64,000 nucleotides of DNA, from the NCBI RefSeq assembly GCF_004010195.1, contig NC_057728.1, positions 48,715,152 through 48,779,151 on the forward strand, given 5' to 3'. A model generated the notes under the pieces. The model saw nothing but the letters and a program-made list of their open reading frames with translations, was not told where the DNA came from and did not search any database. Origin of the DNA: Chiloscyllium plagiosum. Its lineage: Eukaryota. A program made the translations under genes and the position numbers. Below are positions 51,729 through 63,320 of this stretch, piece after piece. Positions within the stretch are counted from its first letter, which is position 1. The number at the start of each line of letters is the position of its first letter.

Positions 51729-52937
51729 TAGAACATAGAAAAATACAGCGCAGTACAGGCCCTTTGGCCCTCGATGTTGCGCCGATCCAAGCCCACCTAA
51801 CCTACACTAGCCCACTATCCTCCATTTGCCTATCCAATGCCCGTTTAAATGCCCATAAAGAGGGAGAGTCCACCACTGCTACTGGCAGGGCATTCCATGA
51901 ACTCACGACTCGCTGAGTAAAGAATCTACCCCTAACATCTGTCCTATACCTACCACCCCTTAATTTAAAGCTATGCCCCCTCGTAATAGCTGACTCCATA
52001 CGTGGAAAAAGGTTCTCATGGTCAACCCTATCTAAACCCCTAATCATCTTGTACACCTCTATCAAGCCACCCCTAAACCTTCTTTTCTCCAATGAAAACA
52101 ACCCCAAGTGCCTCAGCCTTTCCTCATACGATCTTCCTACCATACCAGACAACATCCTGGTAAACCTCCTCTGCACCCATTCCAGTGCCTCCACATCCTT
52201 CCTATAGTATGGCAACCAAAACTGCACACAATACTCCAGATCCGGCCGCACCAGAGTCCTTTCTGCCCAGCTCTGCAGCTTCTCTGTATCCTGCTGTAAC
52301 CTGCCACATCCTTTCTCACTGTCAACAACTCCTCCGACTTTTGTGTCATCCGCAAACTTGCTCACCCAACCTTCTAATCCCTCTTCCAGGTCATTTATAA
52401 AAATGACAAACAGCAATTGTCCCAAAACAGATCCTTGCGGAACACCGCTAGTGACGGCACTCCATGAAGAAACTTTGCCATCAACTACTACCCTCTGTCT
52501 TCTTCCATCCAGCCAATTCCTAATCCAAACCTCCAACTCACCCTCAATGCCATATCTCCGTATTTTCTGCAGTAGCCTACCATGGGGAACCTTATCGAAC
52601 GCCTTACTAAAATCCATATATACCACATCTACCGCTTTCCCCTCATCAACCTCCTTCGTCACCTTTTCAAAGAATTCAATAAGGTTTGTGAGGCACGACC
52701 TGCCCTTCACAAAACCATGCTGACTATCCTTGATCACATTATTCCTATCCAGATGTGCATAAATCCTATCCCTTACAATTCTCTCTAAGACTTTGCCCAC
52801 AACAGAAGTGAGACTCACCGGCCTATAGTTACTAGGGTTATCCCTACTCCCCTTCTTGAACAAGGGAACCACATTTGCTATCCTCCAGTCTACTGGCACT
52901 ATTCCTGTAGACAACGAGGACATAAAAATCAAGGCCA
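51729..52937 (-). mobile_element. CR1 LINE fragment (fourth subfamily) with an open RT frame and an in-frame internal deletion
   Basis: ORF 51802-53031: NYRPVSLTS, QHGF, YMDFSKAFDKV, KFADDTK, then SWAER|TLVRPDLEY; tail tagaacatagaa. Confidence 0.9.
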
Positions 52938-53544
52938 TCTTGGTAGAACCAAAGTGTCTATTATTATCTCCATACAGCAAAGAGTCAGCCATTCTGGGAA
53001 AGATAATGAAAAAAACATAGAAGTAATTCACGGGTTGCTCAAAGTGTTCAGTTGAATGGAAAAATAAATGATTTACTTTTCATTTTGAAGGTATTCTAAA
53101 ATATCCTTGTCCTTGAGTTGGGTCGTGGGGACAGGCAGTTCTATTGGTTAAGTTGTCTCAGTGTTTTTTTCTGAATGCAGGCACTGCAGTGTTGCTTTGA
53201 AGTAGACAGTATCTCACTGGATTGAGAACACCAACAGGAGATGATTGTTCATAAACCTTTTACTTTATGCAGAGAAAATAACTATTGTTCGTTATGTAGA
53301 ATGTGGATAGGTCTCAAGCTCAGTTTGTCATTCACAAAGCAAACAGCAGCTGGAAAGCTTGCCTAGTTTGAAACTAGAAGAAATCATTATTGATCCTCAC
53401 CTGAGCCTTGTGGGAAGAAGTACAGGTAGTCAACAGAATTAACATGGAAGCTGAGAGACAGCCACAGGGTGAGTATTTGCCAGTAATCAGAATAAGGATC
53501 AGACTTTCACAATCAAAGTCTGAGATGAAATCCATTTTCTTTTT

Positions 53545-55740
53545 GTATTGTGCAGTATATTAAATATGGGGACCAAAACTGTACATTACTCCAGTGGAGT
53601 CTCAACACCAACATGCATAGTTGCACCAAGACTTCCCTCATTTCAAAACTGTAATCCCCTACTAATAAAAGGTTAACATTCTGATAGCCTTCTCAATGAC
53701 TTGTTGCACCGACATGCTAATGTTTTGCTTTAAGCACAAGAACACTTGCTTGGAATGTCTCTCCATTTAGTAGAGTGACCTGCCCTTTGATTCTTCTTGC
53801 CAAACTAATGGCGTTACACTTTTTTTTTTAAACTTTAAGCTCCATCTGACTAGATTTTTACCCTTCCACTCAATCTACTTCCCCTTGCAGAATCCTAACA
53901 TTCCATTAGTTACATGCATCCAACTTGAAAAAGGCCCATTAATCCTGACTCTATATTTTGTGTAGAGCAATCCTCAACCCAGAATAATAAATTATCCCCA
54001 ATACCATAAGCTTCTATCTTGTACAACTTTTATACGGCACCTTATCAAATGAAAATCCAAATACACATCTGCCGGTTCCCCTTTATCCACTTTGCTTGTT
54101 ACATCCTCAAATAGAATTGCAACAAATTTCACAAACATGATTTCCTTTTCATACTTAGCAACCTTTTTGATTACATCAAGCCTTTTTAAAAGGTCCTGCA
54201 ATTCCTCACTTCATAACCTAAACTAGCATTTTCTCCAATGATAGATGTCAATCATACTGGCCTATAGTTTCCTGATTTTAGTCTACCTCATTCTCGAACA
54301 GGAGTGGTACAATTAGCTATTTTCCAATCCACTGGAACCCTCAGAATCCAGTGAGTTCTGACTTATTCTACCAATGCTTCAATTTGCTCTGCAGCCACTT
54401 GGCCTGCTTCCAAGCATTTTAACATCAGCTTCCGACAACTTGTCTGCCTTCAGTAGTTTGTTAAACACTTTTTTGTTTGTGATAGAGACTGTCACAGGAT
54501 ATTTCCTTCCATTAGCAGCTTATCCGATATCTTCGGGATGTTAATAGTGGTCCCCACTGTGAAGATCAATGCAAAATATTGGTTTAACCTAGCTGCAATT
54601 TCCCTGTTCCCAATTATGAACTTGCATCTGCCAAGTGACTTCCTTTGGCTTCACTTAATTTAGCTACTCTTCCTTTTTATAATTCTATAGAAGAGTCTGT
54701 TATTTTTATATTTCTTGCCAATTTACATTTATAATCAATTTTTTTCCCTCTTCATTATATTTTTAATCATCTGCTGCTTATTTATTAACAAAATCCTCAG
54801 TTCTCTGGCATTCATATTTGGCACGTTGTGTGTCTTAGCTTTTTGATTGTATTGGCTCCTCAAGAGCATCTTTGTTAATTACGGCTGAGTCAAGCTTTCC
54901 ATAGTGACCTCCTTTACAAACGGAAAAGATTTTTGCTGAGGATATGAAATATTGGCTTAAATGTCTGCCACTGCTTATCCACTGACTTTTCCCTTAATCC
55001 ATTTTCCCAGTCCATTTAAAACAACTCTTCCTCCGTACCTCTGTAATCACCTTTAAGTTAAGGACATTAGTTTGAGAGCACAGTTGCTCTCCCTCAAAAT
55101 GATTTAGAAAATATACCATTGTGATTGCTACTTCTTTAAGGATCCTTAAATGTGAGATTTCCTACTTCATCCTACCTCAATGCATTATCAGATCTAAAAA
55201 CCTATTCCTGAGTATGCTATGTAATATACTGCACTAAGAAACAATCTCTGATACACTGTACATGTGGTCTTTCATGTTGCCGTCACCCAAATGATCTTTC
55301 TAATCAATTTGCAGATTAAAATAATCTATGACAACTGTACTGCCCTCTTCCAGGCCTTCATTGTTTCTGGATGTATATGTTCAATGGTGAAACAGCTCTT
55401 TTGATGAGAATCATCTCTTGGCTCCCATGATTTCTTTCCTTGCTATTCATTATTTCCACCCAAACTAATTCCACATCACAATCTAGCATGCCTGCATCAC
55501 TACTCACCACTGCACTGATAAATGTCAGTATTAACAATACTTTTATTTACTTACACTTCCAAAACATTGAATACCCTTGAATATAGAGTTTCCAAACTTA
55601 GTCACTGTACAACTATATCTCCATAACGATCAAGTTGTATTCATTCATTTCTACTTGTGCTGTCAACTCATCTATCTTATGACAATTGCTGAGTTTATTC
55701 AGATAAAGAGCAGTAAAACTTTGACTTTTTAACATTACTA
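53545..55740 (-). mobile_element. Old degraded CR1 ORF2 remnant
   Basis: FEDVTSKVDKGEPADVYLDF at about 54050-54110, NYRPV remnant at about 54255-54270, APE remnants upstream. Confidence 0.6.
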
Positions 55741-57139
55741 TTTTGTTGCATTCTTCTGCTTATCATGTTTTGGTTATCATTCACCTCTTCACTACCCTGC
55801 ACATCTGTTCTCTCATTTCTTTTCAATTTTTTAAACTTCCATCCAATTGAACCCTCCTCATTAATTAGGTTAAGGTCCTACCTACAACCCAAGTTAGAGG
55901 ATTTACCCAGACACAGGTCCGAGAATACAAACACAGAAGAGTAAGCCACTCAGGCCTACAGGTCTGCCCCACCATTCAATAGATAATTTTTGATCTGTTT
56001 TAATCTCAACTCTCTTCCTGCACATCCCTATGGTTCAAATGAAGCTGATCTCAAAGCTGAACTCTTTCCCCAGTTTCGGTGCTGGTGCCCCATGAATCAG
56101 AACTTATTTCTCCCACATTTACAATCACAGATAATATAGTATAAAAGGGGCCCCTCAGCCCACCTAATCCGTACTATCAAAGCTACACCACACCTACTTT
56201 AGTTCCACCTTCTGGCATAATGTCCATTGATGTTTCAAGTGCTTTTTAAAGGTTGTAAGGTTACCCACCAACCCCTCATCTTTGAGCCACAAATTTATCT
56301 ATTTTCATTTACTAGACATCAATTTCTATGTTGCTCAGTTAATAATAGAGGTTACTATCTCTGTGGTCTGCTTTTAAAATTTATACCCAAACTGCTCATA
56401 ATCCTTCCAAATTCCAGCTAATCCCAAGAAAATTCCAGATCCCATTATCTGCCTCACCATGGACAAAAATTTGGTGTAATTAACCTAAGGATGTGACTGC
56501 CTCCTAAAACAGTCAAGGTATCTCACTCCTCCCTGATGTGTCACAATATCCACACTTCACACTCCAGCTCTTCAATTCTGAGTCAAGGTTCCTCAAGCAG
56601 CCATGAGTTGCTGAAGGAGGGAGCTGCAAGACCAAGTGAGAAGATGGGGTTCACAAGAGACCTAAGGAGGAAACAGGAAGTGGTGGCCAAGTTGCCAGTA
56701 ACAACTATGTTACTCAGGACAAGCTACTGTCCCCCAGACAAATAAATAAAGAATGTATGGGGTCTCACTCAGTTAAATAAAACAGACTTAGACAAAATAG
56801 ACTGGATTTCCATCCTATCAATGATAGTTTTGCAAAATTGGTAACAAACATGTTTTCCACAACACTGACGAAAGCAGTGGAGTCTGGTAGATACCCTTGA
56901 ACAAGAGTCAAAATTACCAACTACATTTATTACACCACTGAATTATTTAGATGGCAGATATTAGAAACTGGAGTATCAGTTTAAACCAACGTTAAACTGG
57001 CATGAAGCATGTCTGACACTTAATATTCATCTAAATTCTTCAATTTTGTGTACATCAACTTAAAATGTGCAAAAAACAAAATCAGACTAATTCAACCTGC
57101 TCTAGATCATAGCACAACTTAAACTCATTAAATACAAAC

Positions 57140-57235
57140 CTCAAATAAACTAGCTGTAAGTTCTTCTAGTTCTTGGCCCAGTTGGTCTCTAACTTTGGAT
57201 AATCGCTCACATTCTTCATCTTTTAATTTCAGCTC
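57140..57235 (-). CDS. RAB3IP: RAB3IP exon ([32 protein letters not shown]; Sec2 GEF domain)
   Basis: 96 nt, acceptor ttgtttcag, donor gtttgt, phase 0 to phase 0; contains the [11 protein letters not shown]ec2 signature. Confidence 0.97.
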
Positions 57236-57319
57236 CTGAAACAAGTTATAACATTTTATAAACTAATTGGTTGCATGTTCTACTACAAACAATATTGTAT
57301 TTTTGTAAATTTATCTGAA

Positions 57320-58193
57320 CATCAAAATTGAAGGTGGTGTAGTGGACCGTGAAGAGGGTTACCTCAGAGTACAACAGGATCAGATGGGCCAATGGGCCAA
57401 GGAGTGGCAGACAGAGTTTAATTTAGATAAAATGTGAGGTGCTGCATTTTGGGAAAGCAAACCTTAGCAGGACTTATACAGTTAATGGTAAGATCCTAGG
57501 GAGTGTTGCTGAACAAAGAGACCTTGGAGTACAGGTTCATAGCTCCTTGAAAGTGGAGTTGCAGGTAGATAGGATAGTGAAGAAATCGTTTGGCACATTT
57601 TCCTCTATTGGTCAGAGCATCGAGCATAGAAGTTGGGAAATCATGTTGCAGCTGTACAGGACATTGGTTAGCCTACTTTGGGAATATGGTGTGCAATTCT
57701 GGTCTCCCTGCTACAGGATGGATGTTGTGAAATTTGAAAGGGTTCAGAAAAGATTTACAATGATGTTACCAGGGTTGGAGGCTGAATATGCTAGGGTTAT
57801 TTTCCCTGGAGCGAAGGCTGAGGAGTGACCTTATAGAGGTTTATAAAAATCAATAGGGGCATGAATGGGGTAAGTAGCCAAGGTCTTTTCCCTGGGCAGG
57901 GGGGTCCAAAACTATAGGGCACAGATTTAAGGTGAAATATTTAAAAGAACCTGAAGGTCAACGTTTTCATGCAGAGGGTGGTGCGTGTGAGGAACAAACT
58001 GCCACAGTAAGTGATGGGGGCTGGTACAATAACATTTAAAAGGCAGCTGAATGGGTATATGAAGAGGAAGAGGAAGAGTTTGAGACAGATATAGGCCAAA
58101 TGGGATTAGATTAATTTAGGATATCTGGTTGGCATGGGCAAGTTGGACTGAACGGTCTGTTTCCATTCTGAACAACTCTATGACTGTGACTCT
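57320..58193 (+). mobile_element. CR1 LINE 3' fragment
   Basis: VLHFGKAN...RDLGVQV...QFWSP; tail ctatgactgtgactct. Confidence 0.87.
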
Positions 58194-58808
58194 AAGAGAT
58201 TTTCACTTCAATATCTTTAAACAGTGTAAATTTAAGAATGACCCTATCACAGGTTTTTTAAAAACCTCTTGGAATCCCGTACTATTCCCAGAAGTAAATT
58301 TCAAAAGCTGAAGTTTCAGTTGCTTTCACATTAAAATTTCAACTAATAATCAAAGTTGCTAAATACTATTGCCACGATGCACTCTTCTGGGGAGAAAGCA
58401 ATTTTTTATGTACAGAATATACAAGTAAAAAAACACTTTAATAATGATATAAAAGCAAGAGTTAAGAAAAGCTGATACCTATTCTTTATTGCAAATACCA
58501 AAACAAAGATGAAAAATGTATTTGTTCATCAACATTAAATGCAACCTTAAAAAACTGCAATAAGCCCATCTTCAAATATTTTAAAACTATATATTTTACT
58601 TCACTAGAATAACTACATAAACTTCCCAGCTCAAGTCTATCAAATTTGGCCACTTGACAATTTAAGACAAGGCAAGAGCATCATGACTTAAATCAGGCTC
58701 CCTATTCCTCTTCCCCTTAACATCACCATTGAAAGAACAAACCAACTTGCAAACTGCATGATCCCACAATTGGCAACAAACAGACAGTATTCACTATACA
58801 GGAGAATC

Positions 58809-58836
58809 GACGTTTCGGGCATAAGCCCTTCTTCAG
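58809..58836 (-). ncRNA. Minimal hammerhead motif (sense to RAB3IP pre-mRNA)
   Basis: CTGAAGAAGGGCTTATGCCCGAAACGTC on the minus strand. Confidence 0.68.
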
Positions 58837-58842
58837 GATTTC

Positions 58843-58870
58843 CTGAAGAAGGGCTTATGCCCGAAACGTC
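58843..58870 (+). ncRNA. Minimal hammerhead motif
   Basis: CTGAAGAAGGGCTTATGCCCGAAACGTC. Confidence 0.68.
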
Positions 58871-59680
58871 GATTCTCCTGTTCCCTGGATGCTGCCTGAC
58901 CTGCTGCGCTTTTCCAGCAACACATTTCCAGCTCTGATCTCCAGCATCTGCAGACCTCACTTTCTCCTCAAAGTATTCACTATACTTAATGTAAATTACA
59001 GCTATTACAGAACAGAGCGCAGCACCCTCCACAGCACATCTAACATTTAGTCTTGTTAAACAGTTGAAGGCTCTGGACTTAAATATGGAGTTTGAGTCAG
59101 GAAGTTGAAGTTAGAACATAATCCAAAATGGAATAAAGTAACAAAAGCAAAGAGGCAGAAATTATGAATATTCAAGAGGCAAGAATTAAAAGACAGCAAA
59201 TATTTCAGAGGGTTGCGGGACAGGGAGTTCAACGAGATAGAAAGAAGGGAAGCTACAAAAGGTATTTAGTAACAAATTTGATTTTTGAAATCAAGACATT
59301 GTTTGACTGGGAACTAATGTTGATCTATGAGCAAATGAGTGATAGGCGAAAGGAATGTGCTCTGACTTAAGTCTTTGGATAACCTTAAGTGGAACTGAGT
59401 GTAGGACGTGGGGGTCCAGCCAGGAATGCATTGGAATAGTTGAGGATAAGTGTGAAAAGAGAATGCAGGAGTATTTTAGCAACAGATGAATTAACACAGA
59501 AATGACACAAAAGATATGTCTTGATGAGGATATGAATGACATGGTTGAAAGCTAAACTTGGGTCGAATATGACAACAAGTCTACAAACAGTTTAGTTTTG
59601 TTTCAGACAGTGGTTATTCCAAAATTCCCTAGATGAATCAATGGGCCCAGTTCCTTTGGAAAACCACAATATAATGCCCC

Positions 59681-60212
59681 AAAATCATGAGGGGCACAGA
59701 TAGGGTGAATAGCTAAGATCTTTTTCCCAGATTAGAGGAATCCAAAACTAAAAGACAGATTTAAGGTGAGTGGGGTAAGATTTAAATAGGACCCGAGGGA
59801 CAATTTTTTCTTTAAAAAGAGAGGTTGGTGTGTGTATGGGACGAACTGCCAGAGGAAGGTGGTAGTAGCGGATACAATTACAACATTTAAAAGGTATCTG
59901 GATAAATAGGAAGGGTATGGAGAGATAATGGGGGTCTAGATTAGAGTGGTGCTGGAAAAGCACAGCAGGTCAGGCAGCATCCAAGGAGCAGGAAAATCGA
60001 CGTTTTGGGCAAAAGCCTTCATTCCTGACCTGCTGTGCTTTTCCAGCACCACTCTGATCTAGACTCTGATCTCCAGCATCTACAGTCCTCACTTTCACCT
60101 GGAGAGATAATGGCCAAATGCTGGCAAACGGAATTAGGTCAAATTGGGATTTTTGATCAGAGTGGACAAGTTAGACCTAAAAGGTCTGTTCCGTGTTGTT
60201 CAACTCTATATG
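59681..60212 (+). mobile_element. Degraded CR1 3' end, interrupted at 59932-60099
   Basis: aaaatcatgaggggc...gaactgccagaggaag...tctgttccgtgttgt. Confidence 0.75.
59932..60099. mobile_element. Mini Penelope-derived hairpin insertion (family A) with 14-bp TSD
   Basis: TSD tggagagataatgg at 59918-59931 and 60100-60113; inverted arms tctagattagagtggtgctggaaaagcacagcaggtcagg / cctgacctgctgtgcttttccagcaccactctgatctaga. Confidence 0.85.
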
Positions 60213-60960
60213 AAGGGTAAATCATGTTTGATTATTCTAAGTTCTTTGAAGATGTAATAAGCAAGATGGAAATTGAGATCTTGTAGATGTAGTATATTTG
60301 TACATCCAGAAGGAATTTGATAAGGTGCCACAAAGATCAATACACTAGATACTATCACATGGATTGGGAATAACGTATTAGCTTGGATTGAGAATTCACT
60401 TACCATCAGAAAGAAAAAAGTTGGGATAAGTGAATCTTTTCCAGGTTGGCAAGATGTAACAAGTGAGGTGTCATAGGATTCAGTCCTCAGACCCCAACTA
60501 ATTACAATCTACATGAAGGCTATGAATGCAAGGAGAGTAAAGAACTACAGCTAAATTTGTAGAGGACACAGAAGAAGTGGAAAAATAAGTTGCAAAGAAG
60601 AAATTAAAATATTTACAAAATGGGTCTGGATAGTTTCAATGAATGGGCTAAAGTTTGGCAGATGACATTTAACGTGGATGAATGAAAGTTTATCCATTTT
60701 GGTTAGAGGAATAGAAAAGCAACTTGTTATCTAAATGGAAAGAAGCTAAAGTTCTTCAGTAGAGGGGGATCTGGGAGTCCTCATGCACAAACTGCAGAGA
60801 ACTAGTATGTAGTTACAGCAGGTATTAAAGGAAAGCAAGTGAAATTTTAGCATTTACCGCTAAAGGAAGAGTATTAAAGTCAGGTCGTTTGCAGCAACCG
60901 TGCAAGGTATTAGTGAAACTGCATGTTGAGAACAGTGTATAATTTTGTTCCTTGAGGTGT
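60213..60960 (+). mobile_element. Old CR1 RT remnant
   Basis: Degraded KSCL..FFEDV, FDKVP, KFVEDT and IHFG motifs; appears to continue at about 62160-62650. Confidence 0.55.
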
Positions 60961-60974
60961 TTTTTTTATTAAAA

Positions 60975-62150
60975 AATACATTCATGGGACATGGACATCG
61001 CTGGCTGGCCAGCATTTATTATCCATCCCAAGCTGCTCTTAAGATGGTGGTGAGCTGCCTTCTTGAACCACTGTTGTCCACATTCTGTGGATTAACTCTC
61101 AATGTTGAAGCAAGGAATTCCAGGATTTTTACTCAGCAACAGTGATATATTTCCAAGTCAGGATGGTAAGTGGACTGGAGAGGAACTTTAACGTGGTGGT
61201 GTGCTCATGTATCTGTCTAGTTAGAAGTGTTGTGGGTTTAGAAGATGCTATCGGAGGACTTTTGGTGAATTTCTGCATTGTATCTTGTAGATAGTTCAAA
61301 CTGCTACTACTGAGTGTCAGTGGTGGAAGGGGTGAAAGTTTGAAGATGAAGTGTTTTGTCCTACATGGTGCCAAATTTCTCAAGTACTGTTGGAGTTGCA
61401 CTCATCCATGCAACTGGGTAGTATTTCAATTCACCCCTGACTTATACCACGCAGACAGTGGACAGGCTTTGGAGAGTCAGGAGTTACTCACTGCAGTATG
61501 CCTAGCCTCTGACTTGCTCGTGTAGCCACTGTGTTTATGTGGCGGGTCCATTGAGTTTCTGGCCAGGTGTAACTCCAAGGTTGTTGTCAGTAGGGGATTC
61601 AGTGACGGTAACACTGAATATCAGGGGCACTGGTTAGAATGTCTCGTATTCATGGTCATTGCCTGACATTTGTGTGGTATGAATGTTATTTGCCACTTGT
61701 CGGCTCAAGCCTGGATATTTTCTAGATCTCATTGGACTGCTTCAGTATCTGAGTCGTCGTGATTGTGCAATGTTCAAGACCAATCACTGGGAACATCCAC
61801 CTTCTGTCTTACGATGGAGGGAAGATCATTGATCAAGCAGCTGAAGATGGCTGGGCCAAGGTCACTCCCTGAGGACGTCCTGCAGGGATGTCCTGGAGCT
61901 GAGATGACTGACCTCCAACAACCACAACCAAATTCTTATATGCCAGGTATGACTCCAAAGAGCACAGGTTGCATCCCCTGATACTCATGTTTCCAGCTTT
62001 GCTACAGCTCCTTGATGCCACACTCAGTCAAAAGAGCCTTAATGTCAAGGGCTGTCGCTCTCACCTAATGTCTGGATTTCAGCTCTTTTTTCCACGCTTG
62101 AACCAAGGCTATAACGAGGAGCTGAGTGGCCATGGCAGAACCTAAGTGGC
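60975..62150 (-). mobile_element. Old LINE (CR1/L2-type) fragment
   Basis: Reverse-complement similarity to 35400-36020 and 1700-1845. Confidence 0.6.
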
Positions 62151-62998
62151 ATCTGAACAGAAAACAAGTGTGGTTGCTTTACAGGCAGCTTAGGAGGTTC
62201 GCTAGATTGATTCCAATGAAGAAAGTTTTACCTTGAGAGATTGAGCAATTTAGGCCTGTATGCTCTCGAGTTAAGCCTGAGGGGAGGTCCAAGTGAGTTC
62301 GTTAAGATGTTAAAGGGAATTGACAAAGTAGATATACAATAGAGGCCTTCCCTTGTGTGACAATGTAGAACAAGAGGCCACAGTTTAGGATAATGAATAG
62401 CAGATTTAAAACTGAGATGAAGAGAAATTACTTCTCTCCAAAGAGTAACAAGTTATAGAAATTCATTACCCAGGAGTGATGAATACCAGCACTTAAGGAG
62501 AATAGACAGATTTTTAATTTATAATGAGTTGAAGGGTTATGAACAGCAGACAGGAAAGTGGAGTTCTGACCAAGATGAGATCAGTCATGATCATAATAAA
62601 TGGCAGAGTATGCCCGAGGGGCTGAATTGCCTGCTGGTACTCCTAGTCATGTTCTAAGAGGAGGATTGCAGGTGGCAGCTAGAGAATGGGCTCCAGAGCA
62701 GATACTGAAAACAATTGCTACAGCTTCCAATATTCAAGTGGAGAAATTTCTGCTTCTGTAGTTGTTAAGTGAAAAGAAAATTAAAATACAAAAGCAAACT
62801 TCCCATTTGCAAAACCATAGTAATAATCTCTCTCAAGCCAGCAATGGCATTCAGACAGAAAACTAAAAGTCATGAATAAACCCAACCATTTATTTTAGTA
62901 TCAGCTTCATTAAATCTTTGCATTATATCTTTGTAACTACCATTTATGATAACCCTGATTTATAAATATATTACCTTTGACAGTAAAGATAACCTTAC

Positions 62999-63254
62999 CC
63001 TCTGAGCTTTAGCAAGTTCTTCTTTTAGTCTTTCGTAGCCTTTCTCCCTGACTTCCAATACAAAGGGACTTCTCAAATGAGACAAACTGTCTGTACTTTG
63101 GCCCAAGGCATCTTCTGCATCTTCTTGCACTTCATTTGCGAGTACACCTTGTAAAAATTCCACCTCAGCACGATGATTGCCAATATCACTCGTCTGATGT
63201 TTTGATGAGCCGTACACTGTTCCAGAAGTGGCACATGACATTGAGAACTGATTG
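62999..63254 (-). CDS. RAB3IP: RAB3IP internal exon (...[33 protein letters not shown]); upstream exons lie outside the window
   Basis: Donor AGG|gtaagg, phase 0; probable acceptor gattccag (phase 2, less certain). Matches the recalled Rabin8 [34 protein letters not shown]. Confidence 0.93.
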
Positions 63255-63320
63255 CTGGAATCATTAATAACATTATGAATAGATGATGAACACTGATTTA
63301 GGAAAGTATGAAGAATTTAG

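Larger units (their letters stand above)
58800..58971. mobile_element. Mini Penelope-derived hairpin insertion (family A) with 14-bp TSD and two back-to-back hammerhead motifs
   Basis: TSD agtattcactatac at 58786-58799 and 58972-58985; perfect 41-bp inverted repeat 58798-58838 / 58841-58881 with a TT spacer. Confidence 0.9.

Noticed and set aside
51802..53031. 409-aa ORF as a domesticated RT gene
   Set aside because: It is a 5'-truncated CR1 lacking the endonuclease and an internal block; the N-terminal part is read-through of flanking DNA
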